Origin: Planctomycetota bacterium
GTDB lineage: Bacteria > Planctomycetota > MHYJ01 > WSZJ01
DNA length: 64,000 bases
Assembly (NCBI GenBank): GCA_038060895.1
Contig: JBBTCT010000001.1
Location: forward strand, 1-64,000
Direction: 5' to 3'
Part shown: positions 34,792-43,963 of the stretch, piece by piece
Layout: every line of letters starts with the position of its first letter
How positions within the stretch are numbered: the first letter of the stretch is position 1
The notes under the pieces: generated by a model
Told to the model about the DNA's origin: nothing
The model's database searches: none
The model's input: only the letters and a program-made list of their open reading frames with translations
Made by a program: the position numbers and the translations under genes

Positions 34792-37700
34792 ATGAAATCC
34801 CTCCCCTCCGGCTTCTTCGGCTTCACTGTCTCCCGCCCCGTCGCGGTCTTCATGATCACGACTGCCTTCGCGGTCTTCGGCGCGGTCTCCTACCGCCGCC
34901 TGTCGCTCAACCTCATGCCGGACATTTCCTATCCCTCGGTGACCATCCGCACGGAGATGGAGGGTGCCGCTCCCGAGGACGTCGAGCGCGGCGTGACGGA
35001 GCCGGTCGAAGAGGCCGTCGGGGTCGTCGGCGGTCTCGTTCAGCTCACAAGCGTTTCACGCGCCGGGACGAGCGACGTCACCCTAGAGTTCGAATGGGGA
35101 ACGAAGATCGAGACGGCTCTTCAGGAAGTCCGGGAAAAACTCGATCACCTGCAGCTGCCGCGGGAAGCAAAGCGCCCCGTGCTGTTGCGTTACGACCCGA
35201 ACCTGGACCCGATCATGCGGATCGGGATCAGCGGGAACCGGGGACTGGTCGCGCTTCGATCGCTCGCGGACGAGGACGTGCGGCGCTCGCTTGAGAGCAC
35301 TTCCGGCGTCGCCGCGGTCAAGGTTCGCGGAGGGCGCGAAGAGGAGATCCACGTCGAGGTTCACCGGGCGGCGCTGGCGCAGCTGGGGCTGGACCCGCGC
35401 GCAGTCGCCGAGCGGCTCGGGCAGGAGAATCTGAACCAGCCCTCGGGGTCGCTCATCGAAGGCGACGTTCAGTACCTCGTGCGGACGCTGAACGAGTTCC
35501 GGTCCCAGGCGGAGCTTGGCGAAATCGTCCTGTCGCGCAAGGACGACCGTGTCGTGAAGCTGAAAGATGTCTCGACGATCCTCCGCGTCTCGAAGGACCC
35601 GAAGATCCTGGCACGGATTGACGGGCGTGAAGCGGTGCTGCTGGACATCTACCGCGAAGCGGACGCGAACATCGTCGGGGTCGCCGACGCCGTGCGCGAG
35701 CGGCTTGAGGGGGTGCCGCCGCCGTGGTGGCAGAAATACGGTAAGGGCGGCGAGGCGGAAGAGGACAGAGACAGGATCCGGCTCCCTGCGGGGATCCAGG
35801 CCACGATCCTCACCGACCAGAGCACCTTCGTCCGCTCGGCCATCGATGCGGTCTACTCGGCGGCGTGGCAGGGCGCCCTGCTTGCCGTCATCGTCCTCTT
35901 TCTGTTCCTGCGGTCGCTCACGGACACGCTGATCATCGGCGTGTCGATTCCCCTTTCGATCGTGACGACTTTCGGGGCGATGCACCTCTGCGGCATCTCG
36001 CTGAACGTGATGTCGCTGGGGGGGCTTGCGCTCGGCGTCGGCATGATGGTGGACGCATCGATCGTCGTGCTCGACTCCATCGCGCGGTGCCGCGACGAGG
36101 GGGACGACCGCGCGACCGCGGCGGTGCGCGGCACGCGCGAAGTCGGGCTCGCCGTGTCGGCCAGCGTGCTCACGACCGTCGTCGTCTTCTTCCCGATCGC
36201 CTTCATCGAGGGAATCGCGGGCCAGATTTTCCGCGATCAGGCGCTCACGGTCTGCATCTCGCTCATGGCCTCCATGGGCGTGTCGCTCTTCTTCGTGCCG
36301 ATGCTGTCATCGCGGGAATGGAAGAAACCCGAAGTGCGGCTCCCGGTGGGAAAGATCTTCACGCTCGACTACGTCCGCCGTGCGCGTGCGGGATTCGCGG
36401 CCCGCACCGTCACGGGAATCGCCGACGGACTTCTTTCGCTGCTCTTGCTCCCCGTGGCGGCCGTCCTCGAGCTTCACATTCAGCCCCTCGTCTGGTTCTT
36501 CTGGGCGCTGACCTGGCTGCTGGTCTGGATCGTTCGCATCCTGGGATTCGTCGCCGGCTGGGCCGTCTTTCCGCTGCTGTGGGTCTTCACAAAGGGAATG
36601 GACCGCCTGAACGTGTTCTATCCCGCCGCCCTGCGCATCGCGCTTCGCAGCAAGCTCATCCTCGCCGCCGCTTCCGTCGCCGTGGCCCTGGGGACCGTGT
36701 CGCTCGTCCCCCGCCTTGAACAGGAACTCATCCCGACCATGCACCAGGGAGAGTTTATTCTCGAAGTGTCGCTTCCGGTCGGAACCCCGATCGAGCGCAC
36801 GGACGCAGAGGTCAGCGCGCTCGAGAAGGCCATCCTCGCTACGCCGGGCGTGGCGCGCGTGGTGTCGGCGGTGGGCGTCGAGGACGACGCGAATCGCCGG
36901 GAGAGCGAGGGCGAGAACACGGCGCGCATCCGCGTCGCGCTCAAGCCCGCCGACGACCTCGAGGCCGCGGAACGCCAGGTCCTCCTCGCCCTCCGCGAAC
37001 GGTTCTCTTCTATTCCCGACGTCACCGTGCAGGTCGCCCATCCCGTGCTGTTTTCATTCCGCACGCCGCTCGAGCTGGAAGTCCGCGGGCACGACCTCGC
37101 GCAGATCCGCCGCTCCGCCCGCGACGCCGAGCAGGCGCTGGCGAAGCTTCCGGGCCTCACCGACGTCCGTTCCACCGTCGGCCGCGGCTCGCCGGAAATC
37201 CGGGTGACCTACAACCGCCCGAAGCTGGCGGAGTACGGGCTCGACATCAACGCGGTGGCCTCGATCGTGCAGAACCAGGTGCTGGGAACGGAAGCGACGA
37301 AGTTATCGGAGGAGGACCGGAAGGTGCCGGTGCGGGTGTCGGGCGAAGACCGGGATACCGGAGAGCTGGCGCGCGTGGCGGCGATCGTGGTGAACCCCGG
37401 GGCGGCGATCCCGGTGCGACTCGGGGCTGTGGCGACCTTTGCGCGGGCGGAGGGTCCGAACGAAGTGCGTCGCGTGGCGCACCAGCGTGCGGCGCTGGTG
37501 AGGGCGAACGTGAAGGGATACGACCTGGCCGGGGCGGCTCGGGAAGCGGAGCGGGCGGTTTCGCGGCTGCCAAGGGGGGAAGACGTGAGCTTCGTGATGG
37601 GCGGGCAGAGCCGCGAAATGCGATCCAGCGCGAACTCGCTGATCTTTGCGATCGTGCTGGCGGTCTTCCTCGTCTACGTCGTCATGGCCGCGCAATTCGA

Positions 37701-38127
37701 AAGCCTGCTGCACCCGTTCCTGCTGATGTTCACGGTGCCGATGGGGCTCGTGGGAACTGTGATCGCGCTCCTCGTGACGGCGACGCCGGTCTCGGTCGTC
37801 GTGGCAATCGGCGTGATCGTGCTCGCCGGCGTCACCGTGGACAACGGCATCGTCCTCATCGACGCCGCCAACCAGGTGCGCGCGACCGGCGCTTCCGCAA
37901 CCGACTCGATCCTCCGCGCGGCCAAAACCCGCCTCCGGCCGGTCCTCATGACCAGCCTCACCACGATGCTCGGCCTCGTCCCGATGGCGATCGGCATCGG
38001 CGACGGGGCCGAACTCCAGGCGCCCCTCGCCATCGCCGTTCTCGGCGGCTTGCTCTCCGCCACGTTCCTCACACTCATCCTCGTCCCCGTCCTCTGGCAC
38101 ACCGTTGAAGCGCGGAAGGACGCATGA
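34792..38127 (+). CDS. RND efflux permease subunit (AcrB/MdtB-like)
   Basis: RPV..MP.I.YP, GA.PEDVE..VT.P.EE, GMMVDASIV, RLRPVLMT..TT.LG..P. Confidence 0.93.
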   Translation: MKSLPSGFFGFTVSRPVAVFMITTAFAVFGAVSYRRLSLNLMPDISYPSVTIRTEMEGAAPEDVERGVTEPVEEAVGVVGGLVQLTSVSRAGTSDVTLEFEWGTKIETALQEVREKLDHLQLPREAKRPVLLRYDPNLDPIMRIGISGNRGLVALRSLADEDVRRSLESTSGVAAVKVRGGREEEIHVEVHRAALAQLGLDPRAVAERLGQENLNQPSGSLIEGDVQYLVRTLNEFRSQAELGEIVLSRKDDRVVKLKDVSTILRVSKDPKILARIDGREAVLLDIYREADANIVGVADAVRERLEGVPPPWWQKYGKGGEAEEDRDRIRLPAGIQATILTDQSTFVRSAIDAVYSAAWQGALLAVIVLFLFLRSLTDTLIIGVSIPLSIVTTFGAMHLCGISLNVMSLGGLALGVGMMVDASIVVLDSIARCRDEGDDRATAAVRGTREVGLAVSASVLTTVVVFFPIAFIEGIAGQIFRDQALTVCISLMASMGVSLFFVPMLSSREWKKPEVRLPVGKIFTLDYVRRARAGFAARTVTGIADGLLSLLLLPVAAVLELHIQPLVWFFWALTWLLVWIVRILGFVAGWAVFPLLWVFTKGMDRLNVFYPAALRIALRSKLILAAASVAVALGTVSLVPRLEQELIPTMHQGEFILEVSLPVGTPIERTDAEVSALEKAILATPGVARVVSAVGVEDDANRRESEGENTARIRVALKPADDLEAAERQVLLALRERFSSIPDVTVQVAHPVLFSFRTPLELEVRGHDLAQIRRSARDAEQALAKLPGLTDVRSTVGRGSPEIRVTYNRPKLAEYGLDINAVASIVQNQVLGTEATKLSEEDRKVPVRVSGEDRDTGELARVAAIVVNPGAAIPVRLGAVATFARAEGPNEVRRVAHQRAALVRANVKGYDLAGAAREAERAVSRLPRGEDVSFVMGGQSREMRSSANSLIFAIVLAVFLVYVVMAAQFESLLHPFLLMFTVPMGLVGTVIALLVTATPVSVVVAIGVIVLAGVTVDNGIVLIDAANQVRATGASATDSILRAAKTRLRPVLMTSLTTMLGLVPMAIGIGDGAELQAPLAIAVLGGLLSATFLTLILVPVLWHTVEARKDA

Positions 38128-41100
38128 GGAAGAGCCGGCTGGCGACCCTGAGCGTCGAGAAACCCGTGACCATGATCATGGCGACGCTGGCGCTCATCGC
38201 CGTGGGCACCCTCGCCTACATGCGCCTTCCGGTCCAGCTCCTCCCCTCCGGCTTCACCCCGCCGTTCCTCTTCGTCCGCGTCCCCTTCCGCGACGGCACT
38301 CCCCGCGAAGTCGAGCGCTTCGTGACGCGTCCGGCCGAGGAAGCGCTCTCGACGGTGCGGAACATCGAGACGATCAACTCGCGAAGCGGCGCGAACGAAT
38401 CGCGGATGTGGATCGCGTTCCGCAACGGCACCGACATGGACGACGCGTACGCCGAGGTCCGCGACCGCATGGACCGCGCCATGGCGGAAATGCCGGCCGA
38501 CGTCGAGCGCTATCACGTCTACAAGTTCAACCCGAACTCCGACCCCGTGATGGAAATCGCGGTTTCGTACCCGGAGGACGAGGAGGACCTGCAGCGGCTC
38601 GAGCAGAAACTGCGCCGCGAGCTGGAACGGCTCCCGGGAGTCGCGAGCCTGGAGTTCGAAGGCCTCGTGGACGAGTCCATCCGCATCGAGATCGACCGGG
38701 ACAAGGCGAAAGCGGCGGGCGTCAACCTCTACCAGCTTGTCCAGCGCCTCCGCTCCGAAGATTTCACAATGGGCTCAGGCACCATCACGGAAGGCGGCGT
38801 CGAGCACACGCTCCGCTCGGTCGCGACGCTCGAAGGGCCGGCCGCCGTCGCCGCCCTCCCCGTGCGCCCCGGTGTTTCCCTTGGCGACGTGGCGGACGTC
38901 CACCCGGCGCTGTCCCTCCGCGACGTGATCAGCCGCATCGACGGGAAGCCCTCGATCTCGATCGAGATCTTCAAGGAAAGCGAAGCCAATACGGTCGAGG
39001 TCTGCAATGCCGTCCGAAAGGTGATCGAAGAGGAACTCCCCCGCGATCCGGAACTCGCCGGGACGAAGTTCTTCGTGCTGGAAGACTCCGGCAGGCTCAT
39101 CAGCAGCTCGATCGAGACCCTCGAGCAATCCGCGCTCCAGGGCGCGTTCTTCTCGCTCGTCATCCTCTGGATCTTCCTCCTGCGCCTCCGCCTGTCGCTC
39201 ATCATCAACGTCGCCGTCCCCGTCTCGATGCTCGTGACGCTGGTCGTCATGCACTTCACCGGCGAAAGCTTCAACATCGTGACCCTCATGGGCCTCACGC
39301 TCTCGATCGGGATGCTCGTGGACAACTCCGTCGTTGTCTCCGAGAACATCGACCGGCTGCGCCAGCTGGGAGTGCCGCCGCGCGAAGCCGCCGTCCGGGG
39401 CGCTTCGGAAGTCGCCCTCGCCGTGACGCTCTCGACCCTCACTTCCGTAGTCGTCTTCCTCCCACTCGCCCTCATGTCCGGCGACGGCATGATGCAGTTC
39501 TTCATGGGCCGCCTCGCCATCCCTCTCTGCGTCTCGCTGGGCGCCTCCCTGCTCGTATCGCTCGCCCTCATCCCCGCCGCCACCCTGTTCCTCGCCGGGC
39601 GCCGCACCCCGAAACCGCTGGCCCCGATCCGCTGGGTCGCCTCCGCCACAGGCGCGGGCGCCGGCTGGTGCCTCCGGCACCGCCTCGAAGTCGTCCTCGT
39701 CGCCGCAGCCGTCTGCGTCTCGATCATGTACCCGTTCGAGAAGATGGAAAAGTCGATGGAGCCCAGGGAACAGCGGCACGACCTCGAGGTCTTCTTCCGC
39801 TTCACCACCACCGGCTCCCTTGCTGAAAACGACCGCGCCATGCGCCTCATCGAGTCGGCCGTAACCCCTCACATGGCGGAACTCCAGGCGACCAACCGTC
39901 GCGTCCGCTTCCGCGAATCCTGGGGCCGCATGACGCTGTACCTCGACAAGCGGTCCCGCACCGATGAAGAGCGCGAGAAGCTGCTCGAGCAATTCAAGGG
40001 TTACATTCCCGTCATCGCGGGCGTCGAGGCGTCGTCCTCCTGGCGAGGCGGCCAGGGACGCGGCGGACAGGTTGATTTCCAGATCGTGGGGGATGATTCG
40101 GAAGCGCTGGCGGAGTTGTCCGAGGAAGTGAAGCGCCGCCTCAAGCTGCTTCCCGGCGTCGCGGACGTGACGACGGATCTCGAGTCCGGCTCGGATGAGA
40201 TCCGGGTGAAGGTGAAGCGCGAGCGTGCGAGCCGCGCGGGGATCGAGTCCTGGGTTGCCGCAGGAACGGTCTCGACGGCGCTTCGCGGCGCGCGGCTGCC
40301 CGATCTTCGAGTCGGGGGGCGCGAAGTGCCGCTGATCCTGCAGTTCCCCGAGGACGACCGCGAAAACCTGGCGCAGCTCGCGCAGATCTCTCTCTACCCG
40401 CCCGGCGGCGGCGGCCCCGTGCCGCTGGGTGCGCTGGCGGATTTCGAGTTCGCCAGGGGATTCGCGGCGATCAACCACGAAAATCGGAAGACGTCGATGG
40501 GCGTGCACGTGGTTGCGAAAGGCGACGACGTCTTCGGCCTCTCCGAAACGGTCAAGTCAGAGCTCGAACGGTTCCGATGGCCCCAGGGAACGTCGTACGA
40601 CATGGGCTCCTGGTCCCGGCGCTGGAAGGGAGAGCAGGGCGACTACACCTTCTCGCTCATCATGTCCGTGATCTTCGTCTTCCTCATCATGGGAATCCTT
40701 TTCGAGTCCTGGGTCCTTCCCTTCTCGGCCCTCGCCTCGATCCCCTTCGCCATCGTCGGCGCCTACTGGTTCCTGTGGGCCACCGACACGGCGCTGGACC
40801 TCATGGCGATCATCGGGATGGTCGTCCTCGTCGGCGTCGTCGTGAACAACGCCATCGTTCTGATCGACCGCATCAACCAGATGCGCGAAGAAGGCATGGA
40901 ACGCGCTGCCGCCTGCCGCGAGGCCACCGTCTCGCGCTTCCGCCCCATCTGGATCACGGCGCTCACCACGATCGTGGGCCTGATCCCGATGGCCTTCGGA
41001 GACGCGGGCGTGGCGGGCGTCCCCTACGCGCCGCTCGCGCGCGCGGTGGGAAGCGGGCTGCTGGTCTCGACGGTCTGCACGCTCTTCGTCGTGCCCGTCG

Positions 41101-41165
41101 TCTACACGCTCCTGGACGACGTGCGGGAAGGGGCGAGGAGGCTGGCGGCCAGGCTCAGAGCGTGA
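38124..41165 (+). CDS. Second RND efflux permease subunit
   Basis: GMLVDNSVVV.ENI, GVVVNNAIVL.D, RFRPI..T..TT; ATGA overlap. Confidence 0.93.
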   Translation: MRKSRLATLSVEKPVTMIMATLALIAVGTLAYMRLPVQLLPSGFTPPFLFVRVPFRDGTPREVERFVTRPAEEALSTVRNIETINSRSGANESRMWIAFRNGTDMDDAYAEVRDRMDRAMAEMPADVERYHVYKFNPNSDPVMEIAVSYPEDEEDLQRLEQKLRRELERLPGVASLEFEGLVDESIRIEIDRDKAKAAGVNLYQLVQRLRSEDFTMGSGTITEGGVEHTLRSVATLEGPAAVAALPVRPGVSLGDVADVHPALSLRDVISRIDGKPSISIEIFKESEANTVEVCNAVRKVIEEELPRDPELAGTKFFVLEDSGRLISSSIETLEQSALQGAFFSLVILWIFLLRLRLSLIINVAVPVSMLVTLVVMHFTGESFNIVTLMGLTLSIGMLVDNSVVVSENIDRLRQLGVPPREAAVRGASEVALAVTLSTLTSVVVFLPLALMSGDGMMQFFMGRLAIPLCVSLGASLLVSLALIPAATLFLAGRRTPKPLAPIRWVASATGAGAGWCLRHRLEVVLVAAAVCVSIMYPFEKMEKSMEPREQRHDLEVFFRFTTTGSLAENDRAMRLIESAVTPHMAELQATNRRVRFRESWGRMTLYLDKRSRTDEEREKLLEQFKGYIPVIAGVEASSSWRGGQGRGGQVDFQIVGDDSEALAELSEEVKRRLKLLPGVADVTTDLESGSDEIRVKVKRERASRAGIESWVAAGTVSTALRGARLPDLRVGGREVPLILQFPEDDRENLAQLAQISLYPPGGGGPVPLGALADFEFARGFAAINHENRKTSMGVHVVAKGDDVFGLSETVKSELERFRWPQGTSYDMGSWSRRWKGEQGDYTFSLIMSVIFVFLIMGILFESWVLPFSALASIPFAIVGAYWFLWATDTALDLMAIIGMVVLVGVVVNNAIVLIDRINQMREEGMERAAACREATVSRFRPIWITALTTIVGLIPMAFGDAGVAGVPYAPLARAVGSGLLVSTVCTLFVVPVVYTLLDDVREGARRLAARLRA

Positions 41166-41272
41166 AAACAATCCGGTGAGTCAGGCTGCGTCGGCCCTGT
41201 GAGGGTAGTTTGAAACGTTTTCGTGGTGCGGGCCGACTCCGCCCGACACGCCGGATTGTTTTCACGCTCTGA
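41155..41272. repeat. Hairpin with the same REP-like core as 31285-31353 (opposite orientation)
   Basis: Perfect 22-bp inverted repeat 41155-41176/41251-41272. Core 41180-41247 on the minus strand reads GTCGGGCGGAGTCGGCCCG...GCCGACGCAGCCTGAC. Confidence 0.85.
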
Positions 41273-41421
41273 AGCTCCCGTTCCATCGAGCTGCCGCCCG
41301 GAAAGCCGACAGCCCTCCATGAATTCTGAACGTTCAGCATTCAATTTTCATGGATCTGAATATTGAGTTGGTATCGCTCAATGTTCAAGGTGGTTCGAGG
41401 ACGTCAAACCGCTGAGACAAC

Positions 41422-43179
41422 CTACTTCGGCGCCCACTTCTCCTTCACCTTCTTCACGATCGCCTCCCACCGCGAGTCCTTGCGCATCTTCGCCAGGTCG
41501 GTGTCGTTCTTTTCCATGTGCACGATCGCGTTGCCGTCTTTCCCGTACCCGGTGTCGATGGCCTTGTCGAGCGCTTCGAACGCCTTGTCGAGATCGCCGA
41601 CGAGCGACCAGCAGCAGGCCTCGTTGTAGTAGGACCCCGAGACCTCGGGGGATTCCTTCCAGGTGTCGCAGAGCTTGCGGTATTCGGCGGCGGACTCGCG
41701 CAGGAGAGGTTCGAAGCCGGACTGCTTGGCCTCGATGATCGCCATTCCCGCCTCGTAGAGGACCTGCGCCTTGAGATACTGGTCGCGCGCCGCCTTGATC
41801 GTGACCTTGCGGAGCCCCTCGATGAAGCCCGCCTCCTTGCGAAGCGCCAGGAAGATTTTCGCGCCGTCGACGCGGGGATCGAAGAACGTGACGATGGCCT
41901 CGACGCCGTCATCCATCATCTTCTGGACCAGCTCCCACATCCTCGGGAAGTCCTTCTTCGCGGCGTAGAGGTAGATCCTCAGCCGGCGCCAGCGCTCGTT
42001 CTTCTCCTCGAGAGTCCTGGCGGTCTCGATGTCCTTCTCCGCGCGGTCGAAATCTCCTTCTTCGATGAAGACGCGGGCGCGCTGGCAGTACCCGTTGAAC
42101 GACACGATCACCCCTTCCTCGCGCTCCTTCCCGTTCTTCGCGAGGGTCGTCTTGTCGGTGAGCATTTTCTGGAGCTGGGGGTCGATGGCAAAGCGCTGCC
42201 AGGCCTCGAAGTCGCGGAGCGCGCCGGACCAGTCGTGGAGCTTCAGGCGGAGGTCGCCGCGGCGCAGAAGGGCTTCGGGGAAATTCGAGTCCCAGTTGAC
42301 GGCGTTGTTGAGCGCGGACTCGGCCTCGGCGAGCTTGCCGGTCCCTTCGAGTGCGAAGCTCCTCAGGTATGAGGTCGCGGGGCCGCCGGGCGCCGCGGCA
42401 TCGGCGGCGGTGCACGCGGCCAGCGCCTCTTCCCATTTTGAATTCTTCACGCAGACCATCGCCTTTGCGAGCCGGGCCCACGCGAGCTTCGGCGTCTCGG
42501 ACAGGATCCGGTCCAGCTCGCGCGCGGCCGAAGCGTGGTCATCGGCGTTCGAGACGAGCGCCATCGTGGCCGCCGTCCCCGGGTCGTCCGTGTTCGCCTT
42601 CACCGCCTGCGCCGCGGTATCGCGCGCCAGCGCGTTGCCGTAGTCGTATTGCGCCATGGCCTTGAAGCGCCAGGTGAGCGGGATGGAGCTGTCGTTCTGG
42701 CCGGCCTTGTCGAAATACTCCTCGGCCTTGTCGGGATGGCCGGCGAGCAATTCCTGGGTGCCGGCGCCGACGTAGCTCCATGCTCCTTTCAGCGCGCGGC
42801 GCTTGAGCCGCTCCGCTTCGTCCCATGCGGCGGAGCGGTCGAGATAGACGTCGAGCAGCACGACGATCCGGTACCACGAAGCCGCGGGCTGAAAGTCGTC
42901 CTTGATCGCGTCGGCGCGGGCGAAATCCGCGAGCGCGAGCGCGGGCTCGGTGTAGCGGCGCTCCCCGCCGCGGCCGATGAACGCGTCGATGCAGGAAGGA
43001 TCGAGCTTGATCGCCTGGTCGTACAACTCGATCGCCGCCTTGCCGTGCTTTCCCTTCGCCTGGTCGCAGAGCGCCCGGGCCTCGACCTCCGGCTTCGGCT
43101 TCGAATCCTGCGCGAAGGCCGGGCAGGCGGCCGCGACGAGAAGCGCGGCGCCTGCGAACGCTCCGCTGAGGCGCTTCAT
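41422..43179 (-). CDS. Secreted TPR repeat protein
   Basis: Signal peptide, multiple TPR units (YDQAIKLDP, A..RG), C-terminal YN.ACCWSL.G..D.AF..L..AI..G; ATGA overlap. Confidence 0.85.
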   Translation of the reverse strand: MKRLSGAFAGAALLVAAACPAFAQDSKPKPEVEARALCDQAKGKHGKAAIELYDQAIKLDPSCIDAFIGRGGERRYTEPALALADFARADAIKDDFQPAASWYRIVVLLDVYLDRSAAWDEAERLKRRALKGAWSYVGAGTQELLAGHPDKAEEYFDKAGQNDSSIPLTWRFKAMAQYDYGNALARDTAAQAVKANTDDPGTAATMALVSNADDHASAARELDRILSETPKLAWARLAKAMVCVKNSKWEEALAACTAADAAAPGGPATSYLRSFALEGTGKLAEAESALNNAVNWDSNFPEALLRRGDLRLKLHDWSGALRDFEAWQRFAIDPQLQKMLTDKTTLAKNGKEREEGVIVSFNGYCQRARVFIEEGDFDRAEKDIETARTLEEKNERWRRLRIYLYAAKKDFPRMWELVQKMMDDGVEAIVTFFDPRVDGAKIFLALRKEAGFIEGLRKVTIKAARDQYLKAQVLYEAGMAIIEAKQSGFEPLLRESAAEYRKLCDTWKESPEVSGSYYNEACCWSLVGDLDKAFEALDKAIDTGYGKDGNAIVHMEKNDTDLAKMRKDSRWEAIVKKVKEKWAPK

Positions 43180-43937
43180 TTGGGCGGCGCCTCCGCCCCC
43201 TGCGTGGGCACGACCACGACGCTGCATCCCGCCGACTCGAGCTCCCTCTGGAACTTGCGCGCCTCGTCCTCGGGGACGCCCTCAAGAACGTCGTTGGGCA
43301 GATTGTTAAGCATCGAGTCCGCGATGGCATCGGTCGGGAGCTTCTTCCGGATCACGGCCCTCGCCTCCGCACGCCGGCTTTCGTCGAAACCTTCGATCCG
43401 GACGGTCCAGAACGAAGCCTGGAAGAGTGCGGACGGGAACGCCTTTCCTTCGGCCTTGACGAGCGACTTGATCCGGATCAGCGAAGGCCGGATTTCTCTC
43501 GCCTCGACTTTGCCGTCCATAGCGGCCATCTGCATTTCGCTGATGTTCTTCTGGAATTCCTGCATGTACACCGGATCGCCGATTTTCGGCCCGTACGTCA
43601 CCTCGATGTAGGCGTCGATGAGCTGGCGCGCCTCGGTCTTCTCGTCCGCGGTCAGGTCCGACGGGTCGATGCACTGCTTGGTGATCGACCACGCGAGCAT
43701 CCCTTTCCATTTGAGCGCCACGACGCCGACGCCGATCGCGCCCACGACGCCGAGAATCACCGCGATGATGCAGCAGCCCTTGAAGCAGCCGCCGGACTTC
43801 TGGGGCATCGGCGGCGGAGCCTGGAAAGACCCGGGCTGGAAGGGGGACGCGCCGGGGGAAGGGGCAAACATCGCCTGCGGCGGGTTCAGGGGAGGCTGGG
43901 GCGGCGGCGGTGACGCAGGCGGAAACGGGTCAACCAT
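43176..43937 (-). CDS. Membrane protein with C-terminal ribosomal L7/L12 CTD-like domain
   Basis: Pro-rich N-terminus, KSGGCFKGCC + TM helix, C-terminal LP..VLEGV.EDEA......LE.AG..V. Confidence 0.55.
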   Translation of the reverse strand: MVDPFPPASPPPPQPPLNPPQAMFAPSPGASPFQPGSFQAPPPMPQKSGGCFKGCCIIAVILGVVGAIGVGVVALKWKGMLAWSITKQCIDPSDLTADEKTEARQLIDAYIEVTYGPKIGDPVYMQEFQKNISEMQMAAMDGKVEAREIRPSLIRIKSLVKAEGKAFPSALFQASFWTVRIEGFDESRRAEARAVIRKKLPTDAIADSMLNNLPNDVLEGVPEDEARKFQRELESAGCSVVVVPTQGAEAPPK

Positions 43938-43963
43938 GCTTGTCTTTCCTGAATGCTTGGGGG

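Noticed and set aside
33569-41165. RND operon with two permeases and no outer-membrane factor
   Set aside because: A common arrangement (MdtABC-like); TolC-type partners are often encoded elsewhere.
41320-41387. AT-rich short palindromes between convergent genes
   Set aside because: No adjacent gene start to regulate; probably terminator or repeat remnants.
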